NCBI RefSeq assembly: GCF_030028105.1
Contig: NC_092370.1
Span: 126,382,221-126,446,220, forward strand
Source: Mobula birostris
Taxonomy: Eukaryota
DNA: 64,000 bases
Direction: 5' to 3'
The notes beneath the pieces are model-generated. The model saw only the letters and a list, made by a program, of their open reading frames with translations. It was not told the origin of the DNA and made no database searches. The position numbers and the translations under genes were made by a program. Shown piece after piece: positions 49,330-62,129 of the stretch (the first letter of the stretch is position 1; every line of letters begins with the position of its first letter).

Positions 49330-49940
49330 TTAGATTCATGGAGATGTACAGCGCGGCAGCAGACCACTCGGCCCATTAAGTCAATGCTGGGCATCAACCA
49401 TTAATACTAATTCTACGTTAATCCCATTATCTTTTTTTACTTTTCCCTACATTCTCGTCAACTACCTTCAAGACTCTACCACTCACCTACACATAGTGGC
49501 CAATAAACTGACCGACATGCACACGTGGACAGAAGTCGAAGCACCCAGAGGAAACGCGTGCAGTCAAAGGGCAATGAGTAAATTCCACACAGATACCACT
49601 GGAGTCAGGATTGGGTGCCACGGTAGTGTGGTGATTAGCATAATGCTTTGCGATGCCCATGGCCCAGGTTCAATTCCTGGCCGCTGCATGTTAAGAGTTC
49701 TCCCCCTGACCGCGTGGGTTTCCTCCCACGGTCCAAAGGTGTACTGGTTGGCAGGTCAACTGGTCATTGTAAATTGTCCTGTGATTAGACTAGGATTAAA
49801 CCTTGGGGATTGCTGGGTTTGAAGGGCTGGGATTGCACATTCCATGTTGCAGCTCAACAAATAAATAAATAAATATTGAACCTGGCTTTCTGGTGCTGTG
49901 AGACAGTTTCTCTGCTAGCTGTACCACTGTGCCAGCCACA
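49330..49940. mobile_element. V-domain SINE (+, 49613-49874) nested in another V-domain SINE (-)
   Basis: Inner: A-box GGTAGTGTGGTG, B-box GGTTCAATTCC, (AAAT)n tail. Outer: reverse B-box GGATTG|AACCTGG split by the insertion. Confidence 0.8.
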
Positions 49941-50044
49941 TCATTAATCTATGACACAACTTACTTAAATTATTGTTCAGGGGGCTACTCACCTTCATTG
50001 CTCCTCGGTGTCCAGGGAAGGGAGAGGTGAATCAGCGTAAACCT

Positions 50045-50400
50045 TAGAATCTTACAGCCTGGTTGGTCATTAAATCAATAGTTCTTTGCAATGCCTATAC
50101 AGCGGGTTACATTCCTCTGTTCCTACTCCTTGTCTTTGTAAATGTTTTCCCTTCGAGTATTCATCCAATTTACTTCTGAAGGTTATTGATGGCGTTGCTC
50201 CCACCACCCTCTGAGGCTCACTCATCTCTATGCAAAGTACGCTTCCTTCCATATTATCATTAGGTGGCTACTTTGCTCCATACTCTCTGATTATTGACCC
50301 TTCCCACACTGGAAATGGCTACTGCTGATCTACTCCTTGAGAATCCATCAAGATTTTGAATATCCTGATTAATTCTTCTCTTAACCTTCCCTGAAGCAAG
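50045..50400 (-). mobile_element. Old CR1 3' fragment
   Basis: RVVGATPSITFRSKLDEY; reverse LIRIFKILM-like segment. Confidence 0.55.
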
Positions 50401-50759
50401 GAGAATCATGGCTAAAGCTACACCAGATGAAATCTGAATAATTTCTCCATCAAAATGCAGTCACCAGAGAATAGATACGTACAAATTACATATCCCCTAT
50501 ATCAGTATGGTCTCCAGGTGTGATCGTTTATTGAATCATCTCCGTTTTGATGGTATAATGGTGCCACATTATCCAATTTTCCATCTATAATCCTGTAATA
50601 GCTAGACAACCCAGAGATATTGCATTTCCCCACATGTTTAACATTTTATATTACACTTCTCACGTGTAAGGGTCCTTCAGCCATTTTCCTTCCTTGGATA
50701 CATTGAAAATCCACACTAAACAGAGAAAGTGCTGCATTTCTAATGCTTATTGCTCTAGC

Positions 50760-51215
50760 ACATCCCTCCCCTCCTTGGGTAGCATCTACAAGAAGTGCTG
50801 CCTCAGGAAAACCTCATCCATCTTCAAAGATCCTCACTATTCGGACTATGTCATCTTTTCATAGCTACCATCTGGCAGGAGGTACAGAAGCCTGAAGTCC
50901 CACACTATCAAGGTCAAGAAAAGCCACTCTCCGTCAACCATTCTTGAACCAATTGACACAATATTAATCACAACCTCAGTATAGCAACACCATGACTACA
51001 TTGACTACTTTGCATAAAATGAACTTTTTGTTTAGTTTCATTCTAATTCTGTTCTCTCTTGTAAATATTTTGTATTATTTTTGCTTAGTTTATATTTTCG
51101 CTTGTGAACGCGGCTTATCTGTTGCCATGTGCCTGTGATGCTGCTGCATGTCAGTCTGTCATTGCACCTGAGCATACATTTATTTGTGTATATGACAACG
51201 AGCTCAACCTTGACT
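50760..51215 (+). mobile_element. Rex1/Babar-type 3' fragment
   Basis: IYKKCCLRKTSSIFKDPH...LPSGRRYRSLKSHT. Confidence 0.75.
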
Positions 51216-51357
51216 TTTTCCTTTAAACATACTAGTTTTTGTTTTTCAAATCCTCGTAATGTGGGAAAATGTCAGTATAGGTATGACAGGCCAAGGAGCC
51301 TGTTTCTGTGCTGTACACCTCATGCCTCATTCTGTGTCCACCCCGTGCCTTCATATA

Positions 51358-51605
51358 TGGGGTGAAGTGACAGCATAGTGGTTAGTATGACACTATTACG
51401 GTGCCAGGGACCTAGATTCAATCGCTGTCGCTGTCTGTAAGGGGTTTGTACATTCACTGCATTACCACATGGGTTTCCTCTGGGTGCTCCAGTTTCCTCC
51501 ATGTTCCAAAGACAGACGGGTCATTAGCTTAATTGGTCACATGAATGTAAATGGGCAGTGCGGGCTCATTGGGCTAGAAGGGTCTGTCACTGTGCTGTAA
51601 CTCCA
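51358..51605 (+). mobile_element. tRNA-derived V-domain SINE
   Basis: AGCATAGTGGTTAG A-box, GATTCAAATC B-box, ATGGGTTTCCTCTGGGTGCTCCAGTTTCCTCC. Confidence 0.85.
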
Positions 51606-51629
51606 AAAAAAAAATCATATAGGTATTGT

Positions 51630-52095
51630 TTTTTTTTATTGACATGTAGCAAGATACAGTGAAATACTTTGTTCTGCAAGCCATCCATACAGATCATTTC
51701 AAAACGTAAGTACATTGAAATAGTACAAAGGAAAAGCCATAACTGAATGCGCACATAGTTTTATGGTTCTAGTTACAGAGAAAGTAAATTGCAGATAGAC
51801 AATAAGGTGTAAGGGCCATGACAAGGTAAACTGAAGTCAAGAGTTCAACCTTATTGTACAAGAAGTCCATTCAAGAGTCTTATAATAGTGAGACAGAGAC
51901 AATCCTTTAGCCTGATGGTGCATATTTTCAAGCTTTTGTATCTTCTGCCCAATGACAGGGAAGAGACGTGAGAATGTCTGGGGTGGGTGGGGTCTCTGAT
52001 TATGTTGGCTGCTTTTCAAAAGCAACAAGGAATGTAGATAGAATCCATGGAGGAGAGACCGGTGTTTCTGATGGACTGAGCTGTATCCACAAATT
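51630..52095 (-). mobile_element. Rex1/Babar-type 3' fragment
   Basis: Reverse complement homolog of 10540-10970. Confidence 0.65.
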
Positions 52096-52968
52096 GAGGT
52101 AGTCATTTTAATTCCGTGCTCCACTCCTATGACTAGCTCCCTACATAATTGTAATAAAGTACCATTCTAATTCAGAAGCTGCTCAAGAAACAGAACCTCA
52201 ATTTGATTCAACATTTTAAAACTCTTTGGATTCAACATCAAAGGTTTTTCATTTCAGATCGTAACTACTGTTCCCATTTTCTTTTTGAGATGACGGTTAC
52301 TGGTATTGAAAATGCTGTAAACACTCAGTAGGTCGAGGAGCATCTGTCAAGAGAGAAATAGAATTAACAGTTCAAGGCAGTAATTAGTTATAGTTGCAAA
52401 GCTAATTCCTGGCTAATGTAGTTGTTGTGTGCAGTTCCAAAAAGTGCATAGAAGGTGTTACTTATTTCATGGCCCAGTCTTTTTGTCAGTGTCTGCCAGT
52501 TGGTTTATACTTTAAAAAATTTTTAAAGAAGAAAATATGGAAACTCTCATCAGATCAAGAATGATCTAGGACAGAGAAACAAAGAGTGTTTCAGGTCAGG
52601 CCCACTTGTCAGAAATAACATTTCTACATTTTCTGGGTTTTTTTTGGATTTCCAGCATCTGCAGTTTTCTTTTCAAATTTTTATTGATCAGAAATGGTCA
52701 TTGTTTAAGAAAGTGCAAATGAGAGGTCCTGCTCATTAAACCTTCAGTGGCTCTAAACACTCAATCATCGGTTGTATTCAGTAGACTCTTAGACTCTGTA
52801 GAAACCAAAGTCCATATGAAGAATGCGCTGTTGGCTTGAAACAACAGATCAGCTTTGATCTCATTGAACCACAGCATAGGTTTCTTATTTTCTTAATTGT
52901 TTTTCTAGTTAGTGTTTCTTTTTATACACTCAAAAATCCATGTTGGTTGTTCTAAAGAATGTAACCTA

Positions 52969-53450
52969 CAGTACTGTGCATAAGTCTTAGGCCCGTTTAT
53001 ATACAGTAGCTAGGGTGCCCGAGACTTTTGCACAGTACTGTATTTGACAACGTGAAGCAGAGAGCGAGTCTGTAAATCTGGTGGGAGCAAAGGGTGTTGG
53101 GAATGGTGACGGTAGAGTGCACGCAGAGGGGTGTGGGATTGGTGGCAGAGAAGGAGCGCCAGGGAGGGATGTAGCATGGATGCAGACACATCCACCCTTG
53201 AAACACCAAGCAAGGTCATTCGACTCCAAGCAAATGGTTTATTGGTCTTTACAGAATGTCTCTCTGGTGCTTCCTGCTCCCTTCCCTCTCCCTTCCCCTT
53301 TTCGCAGCCATGATTTCCCTCTCCCTGCCCCCTTCCCATTCTCAGTCCACAATAGTGACCCATATAAGGATTGGTTTTATCACTCACAATGTCATGAAAA
53401 TTGTTTTTTTTATATATATAGTATGTGCCTAAGACTTTACTTCACTACTG
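52969..53450. mobile_element. Tc1/mariner-type MITE with three TIR copies
   Basis: TA|CAGTACTGTGCATAAGTCTTAGGC at 52969; GTGCCCGAGACTTTTGCACAGTACTG|TA ending 53040; GTGCCTAAGACTTTACTTCACTACTG|TA ending 53450. Confidence 0.8.
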
Positions 53451-53874
53451 TACATTTGAATGTTTCCTTTTCAAGGGATTATATATCATGGAAAGAGGCC
53501 ATTCAACCCATTACCATCATTCAAGCTATTTAAAAGCGCAAGATAGGTAATCCCACACCCCTTTATATTTCCTGTAGTTTTTCTCTTCTGTGGGGAATTT
53601 AATATTTATCTTGCTTTTGGCATTATTCCAGAGTCCCATTTTAAAATAGAAATTTTCAAATAATGTAATTTAAGATTGTTTTTCTTTCTGTCAAAATCTT
53701 ATCCAAAATAAATGCCAAACTGTCTAAGAGTTATTAGCAATAATTCCAGTTTGGTTTGGCTCAGTTTCAGATTTTGTTATGTCATAGTAATCCACCCTAA
53801 TCAGGAGCCGACTTGTTCCTAATCCTTGCAATTGTAATTATACGGAAGGTGTTATGCAGCTGAATGACACTAAA

Positions 53875-54545
53875 TAAGAAAAGACTTGCTTTACTGGGTA
53901 CCTTTCATGACATATATAGCCATAGACATCTTTTGAAATAAAATTACTCTTGTCTAGAGCAATACAGCATGGAAAAGCTCTTTGACTCAACTTGTCCATG
54001 CTAGCAAAGAATCCCGTCTACGGTAATCCCATTCATCTGCATTTGGTCCATTCCCTCTGAACCTTTCAATTTCATGTACCTGGAAAGATCCAAGATTCAA
54101 GAATCAAGATCGAGATTGTTGTCATTCTTCATGAGTGTAAGGAGAACAAAATGTTAGCATTGTACCTGTCTCAACCACTTCCTCTGGCAGCCTGTTCCAT
54201 ATCGCCACCACCCTCGGCATGAAGAATTTGCAGCTTGGGTCCCTTTTAAGTTTTTCTCTTTACAGTTTTTGATACCCCTTCCCAATATCTAGCAAGGATC
54301 GTGAGACACAGTAACATTCTACAACCACATGGGTAAAATAATCTACAAAATTTCATTCTGATGATGCTGATTGAGCTTTAGCTATCAGGATAATCCTGTT
54401 CCACTTTTTGAAATAATATCATGGCATCTTTCATTCCAGTTGAGTTGGCACCCCCAACAACTAAACTGGACTTAGGTTGAGTTTCTGTGCTTAGGTCACT
54501 GTCGAGTGACGTGAATCCCAACCTGCTGTCTCAAGACTGAGTCGC
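53875..54545 (-). mobile_element. Degenerate Deu-type SINE interrupted by a CR1 3' fragment (about 53955-54285)
   Basis: GACTTGCTTT...CCTTTCATGAC tail block, TTTTGAAATAATATCATGGCATCTTT Deu-like block, tRNA-like head near 54500-54545. Confidence 0.45.
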
Positions 54546-54789
54546 AGGTGATTGCCGTTTCACAGTTCTGGGATTCAAAACCATGTGCCTAGGAAGAGAC
54601 TGTCTGTTGTCACGTGCTTTACCAAATTTTAACAGGCCTGTTTTTGGAGAGTCTTAATGAAAGCAACCATATCTCTGGTCCACTGGTCACATCCTGGAAA
54701 GTATGTGAAAAGTTACAGAAAGCCAATGGTTCCTCGGCTTATATAACCAATCAAATATTGATTCACAGGCTGTAAGTATCTTGACTAGT

Positions 54790-55135
54790 TTCTACCCCAT
54801 CCCTAATTATCTCATAATTTATACCTCATCCCCAATTACCCCTAAAATGACCAGCTTGTCAATTGCAAGGGCAGTTAAGAGTCAATCACATTACATCGGG
54901 TCTGGAGCCATGTAAAAGCTAGATGGATAGTGATCACAGATTTCCTGCACTGAAGGTCATTAGTAAATCAAATCGATTTTCACAACAATCTAGAGATGGT
55001 CACCATTACTAATACATACTATTTGATTACGTGAATGAAAATTTCCCAATGTCCATAGTTGGACTTGAACTCACGCCTCTCAATTATAAATTCAGCCCTC
55101 CAGATACTGGAACTATAATGAAACTACAACACCAC
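54790..55135 (-). mobile_element. tRNA-headed SINE, degenerate
   Basis: Reverse B-box GGACTTGAACTC near 55061; GGGCAGTTAAGAGTCAATCACATT body. Confidence 0.5.
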
Positions 55136-55384
55136 ATCAGCCTATTAATAATTGTTAGTCATTTACTTTGAGAAACTAACAACGGATGGAACACCTACAG
55201 AAAGAAATTTTGCAAGTAAAGTTGATGCAAATCGAGACAAACTGAGTTGATTGTCATGTGCACAAGTACGCTGAGGTGCAGGTACAGTGAAAAACATCTG
55301 TCAATCCATGCTTAGCAAAAAAAAACAAGCCAAAAGCAACTTGTTCTTAGACAGGAATACTTTCTTAAGCCAGTTAATTTAGCT

Positions 55385-55620
55385 AGAGGGTGGTGAATCT
55401 GTGAAATTCTTTCCCACAAACAGCTGTGGAGTCCAAATCCTTATGTATATTTAAGGCAGAGGTTGATAGATTCTTGATTGGTCCGGGCATGGAGGGATAC
55501 AGGGAGAAGGCAGGAGATCTGGACTGAGAGGAAAATTGGATCAGCCATGATGAAATGGCAGAGCAGACTCGATGGGCCAAATGGCCTAATTCTGCTCCAA
55601 TATGTAATGGTCTTATGGTC
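55385..55620 (+). mobile_element. CR1 3' end
   Basis: RVVNL*NSFPQTAVE...FKAEVDRFLI; tail GGTCTTATGGTC. Confidence 0.88.
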
Positions 55621-55649
55621 TTAATTCTTGTAATTAACCAATGGGATAA

Positions 55650-55985
55650 TGGCACAATGACACAGTTAGTAGAGCTGCCTTGTCACAATTCCAACAAACC
55701 TGATTCAATCGTGGTCCCTGGTGCCATCTATGTGGAGTTTGCACATTCTCCCTATGACTGCAAGAGTTTCATCTTGGTGCTCCAGATTCTTCCCACATTC
55801 CAAAGATGTTCGGGTTGGTAGATTAATTGGCTGTTGTAGTGAGGGTAGGTGAGTGGTAGAAATCAGGGAGTTGATGACAAAGTGGGAAGGATAAATTGGG
55901 ATTAGGTAGAATGAGTGCAAGTGGATTCTTGATGGTCAGTGTGGGCTTGGTGGGCCAAGGGCCTGTTCCAGTTCTTTATGATTCC
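55650..55985 (+). mobile_element. V-domain (HE1-like) SINE
   Basis: TGTGGAGTTTGCACATTCTCCC V-domain; CR1-like 3' end TGGGCCAAGGGCCTGTT. Confidence 0.8.
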
Positions 55986-57504
55986 ATAGAAGTGCAAGAG
56001 ATGCAGGTACTGAAATCTGGAGCATCAAGAAATCTTCTCGAGGAAATCAGCAGGTGGAACAGTATCTGTAGGAGGAATGGAATTGCTGATGTTTTAGATT
56101 GAAACTGTGTAAAAGGATGGAAACTGCATGACACACTGAGTTCCTACAGCAGATTGTTTGTTGCTCCACGTTCTGTGGAGGTATTTTATCACTTCCATCT
56201 TTAAGGATATTGAATGAAAAATTGCAGTACAGTCGCAAATTGCAGTAGTTTCTCTTGAATCCAGGTATTCTGTAAAGCATAATAATAAAGTGAAAGGATG
56301 CAATTTGAAAAAAAATTTTAAACACCATCAAGATGGCTGGTATTTAAACAACTTCCAAGTGAGACAGAGGTCACATGCTTGTGCATGTGGCAGAGATTCG
56401 GAGTTAAGATGTGTTCTCCAGAAAATATTTAAGAGACCTTTCCCGGCAATATGTTCGCAGCAGAAATCCATCACATGTGTCTGGATAAACACCTGCAGAC
56501 ACTAAAAATCTGAAGCAGACAGAAAGTGTTGGACATACTTAGCATATCAGTTTAGAGAGAAAACAGCGTTAACCTTTCAGGCCAATGATCTCGCATCAGA
56601 ATTCTGATTACTGGGTGGATAATCAGAGCCTCAAAGACTTCCTCAAACATTTATTGAAAATCTGTAACACTCACACTAATTCTGAGATTTCTGGACTCAT
56701 GACTAATTGTAACTACTCAAGAAGGGCTACTTATTACAATCTCCTCAAAGGCATATATAAATATACACAAGATTTGCAAAGCAATGTCCACATCTGACAG
56801 AGTTTTGCAATTTTGATTGTTAGTAAGCCTTCAGGAACTAGAGTAAAGGATACACATAGATGAGCAAAAAAAAATGGAAAGTGATGCAAAGCAACTCAGT
56901 ATAATGTCTGGTAAAGGAATCAATAAAATAGATCAAGCAAGAATAGAAGTCTTGAATAAACTAATTGAGTTGATGAGGAAGCAACATTTCGGAGTAAGGC
57001 TCATTGCTGGTAAATAAAATGCATCCTGTACACATCGATAACACAGAGTACAGGAAGGAGGTAGAGAGCTTTAGGGTTCTAAAAGTGTGCATGTGAGCTC
57101 TCATATATCTGCAGCACCCTTTCCCAATGGTTCTTCAGCACTGGTCATGACCTCAGTGTGAAGATGAGCCCCTGGAGGCAAAGGAAAAAGACTGAGTCTC
57201 TTGCACAGGCTATTCTTATTCCAGGCCAGTGAGGCACCTGGAATCAGACACCAGTGTATTGTCACGCAAGGCAGCCAGTGAGAAAGACCCGCAGCATCCC
57301 TGGAATCAGCCAATCATCAACCAGTACAGAGGAAGTAACTTTCAACTGGCATTACACATTGCACACAGTCGATGTAAGTGTGATTGGATGATAGTCATTG
57401 CAACAGGTTACCATATTCTTCTTGGGCACTGGTATAATTGACGTCTGCTTGATGCATTTGGGTCCTTCAGACTGCCGAAGTGAGAGGTTAAAGATATCAG
57501 TGAA

Positions 57505-57992
57505 CGCTCCAGCATTCTAATTGGTGGCATCACTGTCTGGTACGGAGGGGCTGCTGCACAGGATCGGAAAAAGCTGCAGGAAGTTGTAAACTCAGCCAGC
57601 TCTATTGTGGCTTCCAGCCTCCTCAGCACTTTCAAAAGGCGATGCCTCAATAGGCAACATCTGTCATTAAGGGCCTCCATCGCTGAGGACATGACCTCTT
57701 CTCATTGCTGCCATTAAGGAAAAAATACAGGATTCTGAAGCCACACACTCACCATTTTAAGAACAACCTCTTCTGCTCCATCATCAGATTTGTGAATGGA
57801 CAATGAACCCATGAACACTTCCTCAGTATTTTCCCCTCTCTCTTTGCACTACTCATTTAATTTATTTTTATACAATACACTTCTTATTGTAATTTATTGT
57901 TTTTATTATTATGTTTTGCACCGTACTGCTGCCGCAAAACAAATAATTTCACAACATATGCTGGTGATATTAAACCTGATTCTGATTCTGAT
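57505..57992 (+). mobile_element. Rex1/Babar-type 3' fragment
   Basis: SILIGGITVWYGGAAAQDRKKLQEVVNSASSI; (CTGATT)n tail. Confidence 0.88.
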
Positions 57993-58484
57993 TCATATCA
58001 TCTACAAAATAGAAGAACGGAGACAGACAATATAATCAGAGTTTCTGATTAATGAAGGGAAACATAAACAAAGGCAACATTCACAGAGCAGCCAATTTAA
58101 CAAGGTAGTTTCAGAGTATAGAAATAAATCGTTTCAGCTGGAGAGCAGACGACAGGATTCCACAGGATGAAGCCTGGAAGAAGGGTTGTTCAAATGAGAA
58201 AAGTAGGTGAACTGGATATACTGCTGTGAACAAGTAAACTGGGGGGATCTGGAAGCTATTGTTTTGCAGACAGGTGCAATGTTAATAACATTGGCATACA
58301 TCTGATTATCAACGGGCTGGTAATGAAATATAAACATTGCAAGATAGTTCACATCAAAGTAGCAAAGGGTGAGAAATATTATTTGGAATAACTAGTGAGA
58401 GATGTTTACAGAAGGGACACTGGCATAAGTTCAGCTATTAAAAATAATTGCTAATATATTAAAATTTATTTTGTTTTTGTTTGT

Positions 58485-58752
58485 TAAGAATTAGCATGGA
58501 GTAGGCGCTTCTGGCCCCTTTGAACCACGCTGCCCAGCAATCTCCCAATTTAATCCTAGCCTAATCACGGGACAATTTACAATGACCAATTATTCTACCA
58601 ACCGGTATGTCTTTGGACTGTGGGAGGAAACCGGAGCACCCGTGCAGTCACAGGGAGAACGTATACACTCCTTACAAGCAGCGGTAGGAATTGAACCCAG
58701 GTCGCCAGTACTGTAAGGCGTTGTGCTAACCACTTCACTACTGTGTCGCCCT
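58485..58752 (-). mobile_element. V-domain SINE, well preserved
   Basis: Minus strand GGGCGACACAGTAGTGAAGTGGTTAGC...GGGTTCAATTCC, followed by the V-domain. Confidence 0.9.
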
Positions 58753-59082
58753 GGGTATATTACAGAACTTCAAATTAAAGGAAGGATACAAAAAAGGAAA
58801 TATGCAGATAAATTGGAGAAATAAGTTTGAATAACAAAATTATTGTTCTAAGAGTTTAATGAACCGTTTATTAACTGGGACAGGTTGGAAAAGAGAAGAC
58901 AAAAGGAATAGGAATTCTTAGAATGAGTGTACGATTTCTTCATGAAACCGAATGAAGACTTTGCTCATAGCTAGCTATGCAGTAGTCAAAGTTGAAGTTA
59001 AAATCGCATTAATTGTCATATACACTAGTACAATTTTTAATTATACCTGTGCATATATATACTTGTGTATATGACAGAAAAT

Positions 59083-60395
59083 TTAAAGTTCAAAGTAAAT
59101 GTATTATCAGTGTATATATATATGCCACCATATACATCCCCGAGATTCATTTTCTTGTGGGCATACTCAGTAAATCCAAGAAACACAAAAGAATTAATGA
59201 AAGACCACATCCAACAGGGCGGACAAACAATCAATGTGCAAAGAAACAAACATTGCAAATGCAAAAGATAACGAAATAAGCAATAAATATTGAAATCATG
59301 AGATAAAGAGTCCTTCAAAGTGAGTCCATAAGTTGTGGGAACCATTCAGTGCTGAGGCAAGTGAAGTTAGCTGCAGTTATCCCCTCTGGTTCATAAGCCT
59401 GATTGCTAAGGGGTAATAACTGTTCCTGAAACTGGTGGTGTGAGTCCTGACTCTCCTATACCTCCTTCCTGATGGCAGCAGCAAGAAGGGAGCATGGTCC
59501 GGATGGTGGGTATCCTAGATGATGGATGCTGCTTTCTTGCCACTGTACTCCATGTTGTTGTGCTCAACGGTGGAGAGGGCTTTAACCATGATGGACTGAG
59601 CCATATCCACTACACGTTGTAGGATTTTCCATTCAAAGGCATTGGTGTTTCCATACCAGGCCGTGATGCAACCAATCCACTATACACCTATCGAAGTTTG
59701 TCAAGGTTTCAAATTTCATGCTGAAACCTTGCAAACTTCTAAGGATTTAGAGGCGCTGCCATGCTTTCTTTGTAATTGGACTTATATGCTGGGACCATGA
59801 CAAATCCTCTGAAATGATAACATAGAGGAATTTAAATTTGCTGATTCTCTTCACTTCTGATCCCCTGATGAGGACTGGCTCATGGACCTTTGGTTTCCTC
59901 CTTCTGAAAGCAATAATCAACTCCCTAGTCTTACAGATATTGAGTGAAAGGTTATTGTTCTGACAGCACTCAGTCAGATTTTCAATCTCCCTCCTACATG
60001 CTGGTTCTTCACCACCTTTGATCCAGCCAACAACACTGGTGTCATCAGCAAACTTAAATATGGCATTGGATCTAAATTTAGCCACACAATCATAAGTGTA
60101 AAGTGAATAGAGAAGGGATCAAGCACACAGCCTTGTGGTGCACCTGTGCTGATGGAGATTGTGGAGGAGTTGTTGTTGCTAATCTCAACTGACTGTGGTC
60201 TGTAAATGAGGAAAATCAGGATCCAATTGCATAAGGAGGTAGTGAGTCCAAGTTCTTGAAGCTTATTGATTAGTTTTGAGGGGATGATGATATTGGATGT
60301 CACACTGTAATCAATACAGGGCATCCTGAGCTGTCCAGATCTTCCAGGGTTGAGTGAAGAGCGAACAAAATGGCATCTGCTGTGACCTTGCTATG
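59083..60395 (-). mobile_element. Rex1/Babar LINE RT-to-3' end
   Basis: [45 protein letters not shown]. Confidence 0.9.
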
Positions 60396-60404
60396 ATGGT
60401 AAAT

Positions 60405-61272
60405 TTCAAAGTTCAAAGGAAATTTATTATCAAAGTACATACATGTCATCATGTACAATCCTGAAATACATTTGCTTTTGGGCATACTCAGCAACTCCAA
60501 GAAATACATTAGAATTAATGAAAGACCGCACTTAACAACCAATATGCAAAAGACAACAAATTATGCAAATACAAAACAGAATAAACAAACAAACAAACAA
60601 ATAGATAAATAAGCCATACATATCGAAATCATGAGATGAAGAGACCTTGAAAGCATGTCCATAGTTTGTGGGAACAATTCAGTGATGGGGCAAGTGACGT
60701 TGTATGAACGGTTTAAGAGACTGATGGTTGAGGGTTAATAACTGTTCCTGAACCTGGTAGTGTGAGTCCCTAGGCTCCTGTACTTTCTTCCTGATGGCAA
60801 CAGCAAGAAGAGAGCATGACCTGGGTGGCGCGGTCGTTGATGATGGCCGTTACTTTCTTGTGACAGCGCTCTGTGTAGTTGTGCTCAACCCGTGATGGAC
60901 TGATCTGTATCCACTATTTTTCATAGGATTATCCGTTCAAGGGCATTGGTGTTTCCATACCAGGCTGTGCTGCAACCAGTCAATATTCTGTCCAACACAC
61001 ATCTATAGAAGTTTGTGAAAGTTTTAGATGTTATGTTGAATTTTTACTAAGTCTAAGGAAGTAGAGGCACTGCCATGCTTTCTTCGAAATTGCACTTACA
61101 CGCTGGGCCCAGGACAGGTCCTCTGAAATGATAACACCAAAAAATTTAAAGTTGCTGATCCTCTCCACTTTTGATCCTCTGATGAAGACTGGCGTATTGA
61201 CCTCCAATTTCCTCCTCCTGAAGTCAATAATCAGCTCTTTGGTCTTGTTGACATTGAGCAAGAGGTTGTTGT
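60405..61272 (-). mobile_element. Rex1/Babar LINE 3' part, tandem to the previous copy
   Basis: LNVNKTKELIIDFRRRK...KKAWQCLYFLRL; same 3' UTR starting AAAGTTCAAAG. Confidence 0.9.
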
Positions 61273-61289
61273 TGAAAAAAATTGATGAT

Positions 61290-61665
61290 AGTAATCCATG
61301 GACCCTCCCACTTCAGGCATCGTCTCTTCACCCCCTGTCTGAAGGTACAGAAGGAGCAAAAGACTGAAAGTATGTACCAACAAGCTTAAGCACTGTACAT
61401 ACCAACAAGCTCAAGAACATTTTCTGTCCTGCTATCATAAGATTATTGAATGATCCCCTTGTATGACAAGATAGACTTTATCTCATCACAACCTTACTGT
61501 CTGCCTGCACCGTGCTTTCTCTGTAACTGTAGCTCTATATTCTGTGTTTCTTTTTCCTTTTCCCTTGTACAACTTTGATGTTCTGATGTGATGAAACATC
61601 TGCATGGATGGCATGCAAAACAAAGTTTTTCTCTGGACCCTGATACATGTGGCGTTAATAACAAA
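61290..61665 (+). mobile_element. Rex1/Babar-type 3' UTR fragment
   Basis: Same UTR family as 10600-10970. Confidence 0.6.
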
Positions 61666-62129
61666 CCAACCAGCTAATAGTATGTCAGGGAGGTGTACAG
61701 AGCATAGTAGAAGCACCTTGGAAGTAGGAAGAGAAGCGATAAGGTTTAAATTTGAAAAACAACAGAGAAGAATCAGCAAAGAACAAAGGGGTGAATCTGA
61801 GATAATTTAGCAACGGAACGAATGAGAGAGCTGAGATCCTGTAAATTAGGAGGAAATTGAAATAAGGATGCAAAGAATCAGTGGCATATTTCTCCTTCTA
61901 ACTCAATCAAATAAAGGATATTAATATAACTAGCCATAAGTTTGAAAAGTCATTCATAAAATCAAATTGGGATAGAGAAAATATAAAAAAGAACAAATGA
62001 ACGAAGGTTCAGAGTTTTGACCAGAAACATCAACAAATAAATTCCCTCTCGATGCTGCTAAACCTGATGAGTTCCTCCAGCAGATCATTTGCTGTTTACT
62101 TTTTTCAATCTTACCATTCCTCTATATCT

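Noticed and set aside
58680-58752. tRNA gene
   Set aside because: A/B boxes run straight into a V-domain body; it is a SINE head without a complete cloverleaf. The same applies to the other SINE heads.
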